From Prasinococcaceae sp. CCMP 1430 (Eukaryota; Plantae; Prasinodermophyta): a DNA stretch of 64,000 bases. Numbering within the stretch: position 1 is the stretch's first letter; every line of letters begins with the position of its first letter. Under the pieces are notes generated by a model, which ran no database searches, was not told the origin of the DNA, and saw only the letters and a list, made by a program, of their open reading frames with translations. Location: assembly GCA_013416795.1 (NCBI GenBank), contig RQSC01001393.1, positions 99,721 through 163,720 on the forward strand. The letters are read 5' to 3'. The position numbers and the translations under genes were made by a program. Shown one piece after another: positions 11,723-23,295 of the stretch.

Positions 11723-12529
11723 ATGGCACCAGCGAGTGATGGCGATGCCGCCTACCTGCAGCTCTTCTACCAGCAGTTCTACTCGCAGCAGCAGCGGAAG
11801 GCCGCACGGCAGGGGCAGCGCGTCGAGGAGCAGCAGCAGCGGCAGCAGCGGCGGCAACAGCTCCTGCAGCAGCAACCGCGCGGGCAGCAGCAGCAGCGGC
11901 AGCAGCAGCCGCCTCGAGCGCCTTGGGGAGACCCCGGCAAGTTCGCGGGGCGCTCGGTGGCGCGCTCGTACCGCGAGCACCGCTTTTCGTTCGAGGGCGG
12001 CGCGAAGAACGCGCGCTTGCGCTCAGCTCGCGATGGCCGCACCCCGCGCGCGCCGCAGCGCTCGCAGTCGGCCTCGCGTGCGGCGCAGGACTCGCGGGCC
12101 CTGGCGGGGAAGCAGCGCAGGCCGCAGACCGTGACGGCAGCGACGACGGCAGCGGAGAGGCTGTCGCTCGCCAAGGCGATCAAGGGCGCTCGGGGGGGGG
12201 CGCCGGGTGGTGGCGCGTCTGCGAGCACCAACGCGCGCACCGGCGCCGCCGATGGCGAGGTGGCGTACGAACATGTCAACGTCGGTGCGCTGGATGTGGT
12301 GCCTGCTCCCGCGCCTCCGCAAACGCGCCGAAATGGCGAGCGCGCCTTCCTGCGCGCGAGCGTGAGCGTCGCGCCAGCACTCGAGACGCAGGGACAGACT
12401 GGGGCAATCGGGGCGCGCGCCCCCCTGGCCAGGGGCGACGCAGGAAAGCTCGCGCACGGACCGGCCGACGTAGTGGTCACCCATGCGCCAGGGCGCCATC
12501 TGGAGAGCACGCGACATCACCGCGGGTCC

Positions 12530-12567
<38 letters not shown>

Positions 12568-14191
12568 CGCGCTTGGGCAGCAGCAGCTTCACTACCACAA
12601 GCAACAGCACCGTCCGCACAGCCAGCACGAACAGGTGTACGGCCACGCCGAGCACGCCGCGCCGTACGACGCTCGCCAGTCGCACGCGCGCGCACACCGC
12701 GGCCACGCCCACTCCCAGGCCCGCTCGCGTTCGCGCCTGAGCACGTCAGGCGCTGGCATCGCCGACAAGGGTCGCATGGGCGAGCGCGGCGCGCCAGTGA
12801 ATGAGCTGAGCGCCCAATTGCCGGGCTACAAGATCGGCATGTCGATCGGCGAGGGCGGGTTCTGCACGGTCCGCGCCGGGGTGCATCGGCTCACGGGTGC
12901 GGCGGTTGCGGTCAAGGTGTACGACAAGCGCCGACTTGGCGACCCGGCAGACCGCCGTCGTGTGGGCCGCGAGATTCGCGTGCTGAAGCGCCTCGCGTCG
13001 CCGCGCGTCATCCAGTTGCTCGAGGTTGTAGACGCGCCCTCCCGCATGTTCATGGTGATGGAGCGCGCGGCTAATGGCAGCCTGCTAGACTACGTGCGCT
13101 CCCGCAAGCGCCTCGATGAGCCCACGGCGCGCAAGTTCTTTTGCCAGGCGGTCGCAGGCATCGAGTACTGCCACAGGCACCTCGTTGTGCACAGGGACAT
13201 CAAGCTTGAAAACCTGCTGCTCGACGAGAACGACAATCTGCGTCTCATTGACTTCGGCCTGGCAGCCATCCTGCCCCCGGGCCCTCCGAAGAAGCTCAAG
13301 GTGCACTGCGGCAGTCCCTCCTACGCCGCGCCCGAGATCGTCGGAAGGACCCTGTACGACGGCCCTCCGGTTGACGTGTGGTCTCTCGGCGTCGTGACCT
13401 TCGCAATGCTCGCTGGGTACTTGCCCTTTCACGCACGCAACAACAAGCAAGAGCTGTGCCAAAAGATCATGCGCGGCGCCTTCACGCTGCCGGACTTCAT
13501 CTCTCGCGACGCAGCGGATTTGCTGAAGCGCATGCTGACCGTTGACCCCAGCCAGCGCATCACCGTCGGTGGGCTGTGGTCGCACCCGTGGGTCTCGGGG
13601 AGGGACGCAGGTGGCCTGAGCGAGGGTGCGGCGGCCTCGTATGGGGGCGACGCGCGTGGCGCGCGGCCCGGGACGGCTACCGCGGTCATGATGCGAGGCT
13701 CTGCGGCCGATGCGCGCGCGCTCGGATACGGCAGCGGGTGGGCTGGCCTGAGCAGCGGGCTCGGGGCCGAGCCTCGCGACTCGGACGGCACACCACAGGC
13801 CTTGCCAAGCCACGCAGATGCCATTGCAAACGAGGCCCTCGACGAGGACCTCATCCGTGCGCTGGAGGGCTTCGGCTACGAGCGAGGAGCAATCGTGGGC
13901 GCGGTCTCATCGGGCGAGCACAACTACCTCACGGCAAGCTACTGGCTCATGCAGCAGGCGCGCCGGAGGAGCGAAGCGGTCAAGTCGTGGGCGGCGGACG
14001 GGACGCAAGCCCCCTCGGCAGCAATGTCATCTGGCGGTGGCGTCTGTCGCCCAGCGTCGGCGCCCCACGCCGCCGCATCGGCGTCCGCACCGGGAGCAGT
14101 GGCAGAGTCGAGCCGAACGCCTGCATCGGCCGCCGCGGGCCCGCAGTGCGCCGCCGCACACGTGCGCAGCAGGGCCGCGTGGGGCTCGTAG
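11723..14191 (+). CDS. SNF1/AMPK-related (MARK/BRSK-like) Ser/Thr kinase with a polyQ-rich N-terminus and UBA-like domain
   Basis: IGEGGF, VAVKVY, HRDIKLEN, DFG, CGSPSYAAPE, DVWSLGV motifs; UBA-like region LDEDLIRALEGFGYER...LTASYWL; several CAG tracts; single exon. Confidence 0.9.
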
Positions 14192-14523
14192 CGCGACGTT
14201 CCCCCCCCTAATATCAGTTCGAGTAACACTTGCTTTGCATGGATGCTACGCTGTCCTCGCCAGCGCCGTCGCGTCGCCCCGACGGACAAGGAGTCCGGTG
14301 GCCCTGTTACAAATCCGGTTTCTTATTAACACAGTCACGATTTTTTTCGTGCAGCACCCACCAATCATACACTTGTGCTGCGGGTCAAGGCGATGAGTAA
14401 ATGCGGAGGCCGAGGCTGTGCCGCAGACTGCTATGCGGGTACAGCTTCGGTGCTCGGCCTGCCTCTTTCAACAATCTTCAATCAATCGAACCCGTTGTGC
14501 TCGGGCGACACGCGAGTCGCGCT

Positions 14524-16431
14524 TCAAGCGCGTCGGCGAACCTTCACCCCAGAGAAGTAGGCGGCGACGTTGGACATGTCCTGCAGCTCGTACAAGGCGA
14601 GCGTGCCGGCACTGCCGCCGCTGAGCAGCAGCGGCGAGCCGAGCGAGACGCCACGCGGCTGCCATGCGAGCGCGGAGACCACCTCGCATGCGCAGGCCGC
14701 CGTGCTATCGGACGGAGGCGTGCCAGCGGCGGGCGCGGTCGGGTCGGCGGCGCTCTGCTCACGCTCGCCGCCGCCGCTGCCGCCCTCGGCGCCACGCTCG
14801 CGCACGCCGAGCGAGTTGCGCGCGACGGCTGTGGGGCGCGCACGCGGGAGGCGATGGAGGGGACGGGTGGCGCAGCGGGGTCAGCGGCGAGCGCGAGCGA
14901 TCCTGTTCGCAGGGCGCGGCACGAGAGCGACGCAGACGCGCACGCGCGGATCGCCGCGGCCACGGGCGGGCGCGCGCGCGCGCTCTCTCTCACCGTCGCG
15001 CCAGTGCTCGTTGTACACGTAGACGTGCCCATCCTCGCTGCCGCACGCGGCCATCACGCCGCCGTGCTCCAGGTCGGCATCGCTGATGGAGAAGCCCAGA
15101 GGGCCGCAGGCGCCCACATTCTGGTGCGCGTACCAGCTGCGGACGTGCGCGTCGTTCCAGTCGTGCGGCTGCGCGCCCGGCGGCGCGACGCTGCCGTCTT
15201 CGCTGCCGTCGTCCGATTCGGACTGGACGTTGCACAGCCGCGCGCCCGCTCCGGCGGTCAGCATGCCCACCCGATCGGGGCGCCCGTAGCAGACGCTCTC
15301 GAGGACGCCCTCGACCTCGATGCTCTGGATGTGGCAGAGCCCGGCATTGGCGTCGTCGCCCGCCGCCCGCGCGCGCAGGCGAGCGGACGTGCGCTTGCGC
15401 GTCGCGGGCGACCCGGCCTCGCGCGCGTGCGAGACGTCGTATATGTGCACGAGCCCCGCGGCGGTGCCGACGGCGAGGCGGTTGTCGCTGGCCGAGGAGA
15501 AGCCGATCGACCGCACCGCGCTGCGACAGCCCACGGCGATCTCCCTGACGTCGCTCCTGTCGGGCACGCGCCGCAGCGTCTGCGCGGTCGCGCGCACCGT
15601 CACGAGCGACACGATGCCGCCGTCGGTGCCGACGGCGATCATCGAGCCGCACGAGTCCGCGTCCGCGCCCGCCAGCCCCTCCGCGCAGGCGCCGTTGCCC
15701 GCGCGCAGGATCGCGTGTCCTTCGACCTCGCTCCCGGTGGTGTCCGCGCCGTCGACGCTCCGGCCGTCGGCGTCCTCGCGCGGGCAGGGCGCGGCGATGC
15801 AGGTGATGTCCCCCCCCTCGACGACCGTCTCCATGACCATCGAGCCGGTGGAGAAGTCGAACACCATGAGGTTGCCGCCGGCGCCGCCCGCGGCCAGCAT
15901 GGAGTCGCTCCCCGGCACCCAGCAGATGCCGCCGGGGTGGCCGTCGGGGCGCACCCAGTGCGCGGTGGCGGAGAACGAGCTGGCGGCGGCCGCGACGGCG
16001 TCGCCGGCGGGGGTGGACGACCCGCTCGTGCCGACGCCCACGAGGTCGTTGCTGCTCCCGCACACCGGCCGCATGCCGAGCGCCGGCCCCGCCCCCGTCC
16101 CACCGCCGCCGTTGGCCGCCAGCGCGTCCGCCAGCGTGAACACGCTCACCTTGCCGCTCGCCCCCGCGACGGCGAAGTACCTGCCGCTGGGGTGCCACGC
16201 GATCTCCTCGACGCGCTCCTTGCCGCCTTTGCCGCCGCGCCCCCCCGCCGCCGCCGCGCGGTGCGACACGAGCGTCAGGCGGCTCGGCGGCGGCATGGTG
16301 CGCTCCGCCCAGCTGCTGCGGAAGCTCCAGGGCACCACCCGCGGCATGCCGGGCCTGCCCTTGCCCGTCAGCGATCCCGATCCCCCGCCCCCCGCCCCGC
16401 GATCGCCCAGGGCGGCCGCGACGTGCGCCAC
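14524..16431 (-). CDS. WD40-repeat protein, family not recognised
   Basis: IAWHPSGRYFAVAG, GICWVPG..LAAGG, SIGFS...LAVG, ACGSEDGHVYVYN and ALAWQP blades. Intron 14993-14829 is phase-consistent, with GCTGAC branch. Start uncertain. Confidence 0.8.
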
Positions 16432-17947
16432 CGCGCGCGCGACGTCCGCGTCGCGCGCGCTCTCCCCGTCGCCGCCACTCGCGGCTCGCGGCCTGCCCGG
16501 CCGCTGGCGGCGTCAGTGGGGGTGTCGGGGGCCGCGACGACATCGGCGCGCGCGGCGACGTGGAAACCAGGTTACGAAAGCTCCCCGGGTTACGGGGTGC
16601 GCCAAAGGGGAGTCGAAGCGTGCCGTGCGGAGTGTGGGCCGAGATGGGCCGGCGCCTTGACGCGGGCTACCAGGCGCTCTACCATTTCCTGGAGTGTTCG
16701 GACGGGCCCGAGCAGGAGAAGAAGCCGTGGGGCACGCTGGCGACTGTGGCGCGCCTCGACGAGCGCTGCAACACTACCACATTCAACGCGTCCAGGCGCG
16801 CGCCGGCAAACCCCGCCACCGGCTGGAAGTGCCATCAGAAGACACTGGGCTGAAGCGCATCGCGGGACGCGAAGCCGATTCGTGCCAGCGAAGGCAGGCG
16901 AGCGCACGGATGCAGATGCACTCCATTTCTCCAACGACGAGATGGTCGGACGCCCGCGCTCCCGCCTGGAAGCGCTGGCGCGCTCGCAGCGCGGCGTTGC
17001 GCAGCGCAGCGATGTAGTCTTCTCCGAGCAGCCCCCTCCAACCCCTTTCCATCCATNGCGGCGCGACGCCGGCCGCACCTGCAGCGCCGCCCGCGCGCAC
17101 CGGCCGCCGCGCGCGAAACGCGCCAATTTGGAATCCATAAATGTGTATGAAATACATTCGTTCATCCATAAATGGATACTGTAATACATATGGATTCAAT
17201 CGAGTGGATTCCGCTCTGCGCGCGCGCGCGCGCGCGCCGCAATTCAGCAGGGGCTCATAGGGCGGGACGGAACGCGAGACCAAACCAGCAAAACGGAATC
17301 CAATTGTGAATGTAGATAAACCATCGTTACGCGAATTGGATACTGCACACAAAGTGGATAAAACGACGCGGATTCCGAACCGCGCGGACGGATCGCGCGC
17401 GGGCGCGGGAGCCCGAATGCGCGCGCGTTTAGGGTTTTCATTGTGTTAGGGTCTATGATTCACGTGAATTTTTATGCGATCGACGCGCGTCCTCCGCGGA
17501 GGCGTGGTTTGGGGTGGCGTGGGGGAGTGCCGAACCGTGTGGGGCCGCGCGCGCGCGCGTGGCCGCGCGTCCACGCGACACGACACGCGTGTCGCGGAGG
17601 GGCACGAATGCACGCGCGCGCGGCCGCGCGGCCGCGCGTGTGTGCGTGCCCCTCCGCCAGCCTCTGACTGGCCCGGGCGCGCGCTGCGCCAGCGCAGCAG
17701 CGTGCGCGACTCGTCCAACGAAGCCCGCGGCCCCACGCCGCACACGTTTGAGAGCCCGGGGCCGCGGGCGCGGGCGCGCGGGCACGCGCGGGCGCGGCGC
17801 GCGCGCGTGGCGCGACGCCGTCGCGGCGTATTTTAACATCCGTAAAATTTTCCTCGTATTTGATTATCCATGTGTACATCGTGCGGAATAAAGTCCATTT
17901 CGGCGCGACGCACGCGAAAGATTCCGATTCGTATTCCGATTGACGCG

Positions 17948-18060
17948 GCGCCCATCAAAACGCAGGCGCGATGGGTTGCGCCCGTCAAAACGCAGGCGCG
18001 ATGGAGTGCGCCCATCAAAACGCAGGCGCGATGGGTTGCGCCCGTCAAAACGCAGGCGCG
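17948..18060. repeat. 30-bp tandem repeat, ~4 units
   Basis: Unit GCGCCCRTCAAAACGCAGGCGCGATGG(GT/AG)T with period 30; a further partial copy at 18241. Confidence 0.93.
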
Positions 18061-18493
18061 AGGCTGTGCACCCCATCAGCTAGAAGCGCGCTGGTTCTCT
18101 CTTCGGGGAAAGAACCACTCTCATCCCGGTTCACTCACGGGAAAATCCCGATCGCGCCGCGCCCGTCCCCGGAGAGGCACGCGCGGACCAGGTTCGTCAT
18201 CCGCGAGCCCGTCGCAGCGCGGGCGCGATGGTGTGTCTGCCCATCAAAACGCATGCGTGCCCCTCCGGGCGAGCTTCGGGGCGCGCGCGGCGGCGGCGAG
18301 TCAGCAGCGGCAGCGCGCGCGGGCCGCGGGGTGGGGTTTGCGGAAGCCGATTTCGGCGCGCGCGCTTTTTTTTTGAAACAGACGTTTTTTTTGAAACGGA
18401 CTTTTTTTTTTGGAGGGCGTCGGCCGGTCGGCGCGCGAGGCGGCCTCGCGCGCCGCCGCTCGAGGACGCACACGAAGCGATCGGGCTCTCACC

Positions 18494-19633
<1,140 letters not shown>

Positions 19634-19634
19634 N

Positions 19635-21826
19635 AGGGCCGCCCCGCCTCGGCGGCGGCGCCGCTGCTGGCGACGCTCGTCGTGCGCGACGCGTCGCGCG
19701 GCATCGAGTGGGGGGGCTTCGCCGGCGGCGCCGAGTCGCACGCCGCGGAGCGCGGCGTGGAGGGCGGCCTCGTGCTGGAGTTCAAGCTGCCCGCGCTCGC
19801 CGCCAAGGCCGCCGGCAGCGAGGGGCGGCGGTCGCGCAAGGGCTTCGGGATGGCCGAGATCTCCCTCGACCTGGAGCCCAGCGGCATGTGGTTCGGCGGC
19901 GCCCACATGATCAAGCAGGCGTGGCCGCTCAACGAGGCCTGCCTCGAGGTGGGGCCGTACTACCCCTTCGACAACGGGCCGAACGGCGTGAACACGCTGT
20001 GCGGAAACCAGTGGGTGACCAGCGCGGGCCTGCTCGTGATGGTGGACGCCGACACGCCCTTCCTGCACGTGGGCATGAACGCCATCAACCGCGGCTTCCT
20101 CGGGCTGCGCGCCCTGCGCCGCGCGTGGGGGGTGGGCATCCAGAACGCGGTGCGCGAGGAGCTGCCGCGCATGGCGTCGTGGTCCAACCCGGGCGACGGC
20201 CTCCTGCGCCTGCAGGCGCGCGACAGCTTCGAGTGCAGCCGCGTGCGCCACCCGCTGTCGGACTGGATGCCCGCCGGCCTGGCGGACAAGGCCAAGCAGC
20301 TCCCGCAGCTCGTGGAGCACGTGGCGGAGGAGGTGCTCGAAAAGCTGCCCGGGGAGGTCGCGACGCTCGTGGAGGACGCGCTGCACGCGGAGGACATGCA
20401 GGCCGCCCGCGAGCAGGCCGCCGCGATGACGCCCGCCCCGCCGCAGGAGGGCGAGCTGCTCGCCCGCGTCGTGCTCGCCGCCAAGGCGGACGTGCGCGAG
20501 GCCACGCGCGTGGGGCTGGCGACGCTGCCCAAGCCCTCGCGCCCGCCGCCCGTGGACATGCTGGCGCGGCCCATCTGGACCACGTGGGCGCGCTACAAGC
20601 AGCGCGTCGCGCAGAAGGACGTGACCGAGTACGCGCGCCAGATCTGCGACCGCGGGCTCTCGCACAGCGTCATGGAGATCGACGACAAGTGGCAGAGCGA
20701 GTACGGCGACCTCGAGTTCGACCCCGTCAAGTTTCCCGACCCGAAGGCCATGGTGGACGACCTGCACGCCCGCGGGTTCCTGGTGACGCTCTGGGTCATG
20801 CCCTTCGCGGCGGAGTGCTCGGAGGCGTACCAGGAGGGCGCCCCGAGGGGCTACTTTTGCGGCGGCGACGCCAACCCCCGCAAGGGCCTCAAGGCGGGCT
20901 TCTTCAAGTGGTGGAACTCGCCCGACGTCGCCGCGCTCGACCTGACCAACGACGAGGCCGTGGAGTGGTTCGTCGGGCGCCTGCGGCGCCTGCAGGACAA
21001 GTACGGCATCGACGGATTCAAGTTCGACGCGGGCGAGCCGTGCTTCCTGCCCCGTCGCGTGCAGACGTCCAAGCCCATGGCGACGCCCGTCGAATACACG
21101 CGGCTGTGGGTGACCAAGGTGGCGGCCAACTTCTCGGTGGCCGAGGTGCGCACGGGCCACCGTTGCACGGACACGTCCATCCTCACGCGCATGGGCGATC
21201 GCTTCAGCACGTGGGGCACCGGAAACGGGCTGCGCTCGACCATCCCGACGCTGCTGACCAGCGGCGTGCTGGGCTACCCCTTCGTGCTGCCTGACATCGT
21301 CGGTGGCAACGCGTACTTCGGCTCGTCCCCGGACGCCGAGCTGCTGGTTCGCTGGGCGCAGGCGAGCGCGCTCATGCCGACCGTGCAGTTCTCGATCGCG
21401 CCGTGGGACTACGACGGCCGCGGCGGCGGCGACGATCGCATTACCGGCATCACGCGCGACGCGCTCGCGACGCGTGCGCAGCTGGCCTCGCGGCTGCGCG
21501 AGCTCGCTGCCAGCGCGTGCGACGCCCTCGTGCCGATCGCGCGGCCGATGTGGTGGCTGGCGCCGAGAGACCCGAACACGTGGCCCATCGCCGACCAGTT
21601 CGCCATTGGCGACGACGTCGTCGTCGCACCGGTCGTCACGAAGGGTGGCAGGCAGAGAGACATTTACTTGCCCGAGGGCGACTGGCTGCCGGGCTCGGAC
21701 CCGGAGACGGTCATCGAGGGCGGCCGCTGGCTGCGCGACTTCCCCGCTCCGCTGGAAGAGCTGCCGTGCTTCTACAGGGCGCACTCGGTAGCAGCGGCGT
21801 GCGTCGCCAAGCCGCGACGGCCGTAG
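19635..21826 (+). CDS. Glycoside hydrolase family 31, MYORG/NET37-like; 5'-partial
   Basis: PIWTTWARYK, EIDDKW, GFLVTLWVMPF, nucleophile motif DGFKFDAGE, acid/base motif PFVLPDIVGGN, DQFAIGDDVVVAPV, IYLPEGDW. The N-terminus is lost in the poly-C/n join. Confidence 0.9.
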
Positions 21827-22287
21827 ATCGCCTCCGGTGGCGCGGGCACGGTCGACCTGGCGAGCCGTACGACAGGTGCTCAAACTCGCGTGTGCGTGCG
21901 CACGAGACGCAATCACACGTCCGAAACTCGAGAAAGAAACAGCAACAACAACGCCGGCCACGCATGAGAGCGCCGGCGCGAGAAACGCGAAATGACGAGG
22001 CACGCGCTGGGGGACGCAGGAAAGGCGCCCGCTCCCCCCCCCCCGCGCGCACGTGCAGCAGCCTGCGCGTGCAGAGCAACCCCCGCACTCGCGTTACCAC
22101 ACTACTACTGCTACGCCCTTGCGCTTGCGGAGGGCGCGTAATACGAACATGTATGAGATCATCGCGACTGCATGCGCGCATGCGACGGAGCCCCGTCGTC
22201 GGTGCGCAGGCCTGAGGGGCGCGCGAGCCCGCGCGGGTGCTCGCACAGGCGTCGCCGGGGCGCGCTTATTATTACAGGACAGCGTCA

Positions 22288-23159
22288 TTAGCTCGTGGCG
22301 GGCGGGTCCGACACGGCGAGGCCCTCGAGCGCGTCCAGTGGCGGCTCAGCTGGTGCCTCGGCGGGTGCCGGAGGAGGCTTCGGCCGGTCCTTGACGAACA
22401 CAGCATCCATTCGGCACCTGTCGACGCGGAAGGTGCGCGAGCCCTTTGCAACGAGCCGTGCGCACTCGCTGGGACTCTGCACCGATGCGTCAGCGACGCT
22501 CGAACGCGCACACACGCACGCGCGCTTCAGCGCTCGTCCGCCTGAGCGCGTCGGCGAATGCAACTCGCGCGCTCTCTCGGCCTCAGCCGCACGCCCTCCA
22601 GCACGTGTGGACACAAGGCGCACACACCTTGATCCGCACGCGGACGACTCCTCCAGGCAGCTTGCCCGCGTCGGCGGCCTGCTTGAGCACCCACAGCCGG
22701 CGGTTGTTCAGCGACGCGCGGCGCACTTCTCCGCTCGCCCGGTCGGTCCACTCGACGCACGCGATGACGGGCAGCGCGCTCGGCTCGAGCTCCCCGCTCA
22801 GTATCGATGCCAGGGTGTCCTCCACCTGCGCCCGCGCCCACGTGCGTCCGGCCGCGCCGCCCGCGCGCGTCAGCAGCCCAGGCGGAAGCGCGTCCACGCC
22901 CACGCAGGCGCGCATGCGCAGCTGCCGCGGCGGGGTATACCCTCGCGCGAGGTTGGGAGGGGCGCCCCGTGGGCGCTGGCACGCGCGCACGGCGGCCGCC
23001 TCGCACCTTGCGGCCGCAGCCGCTGAAGGTGCGGTCGATTTTCCCATAGGAGAAGAGGACGGTGCGCGGGTCGACGTCGTCGAGGTACTCGCCCGCTTTG
23101 AGCGCCGGCGCGGGCGCGCCGCCGCCCTTTCCGCCCCCGCCGGCCTTCTTCTTGCCCAT
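22288..23159 (-). CDS. Small ParB/Srx-like domain protein (179 aa)
   Basis: Exons 23159-23007, 22825-22628 and 22476-22288 with GT-AG, phase-0 introns. DPRTVLFSYGKIDRTFS..., LPVIACV, SLNNRRLWVLK resemble the ParB-like 'SLDNRRL' family. Confidence 0.7.
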
Positions 23160-23295
23160 GGCTGTCAGGTGGCGCGCGCGCCCTCGCGGCGCATGCCCGC
23201 GCGCGCGCGCGCGCGCGCTGTGTGGCAGGGGGGGCGCACACGTGTACGCATCGACGGCGACGCTTTTACTGCCAAGCAGCGCCCACCCCCAGCGC

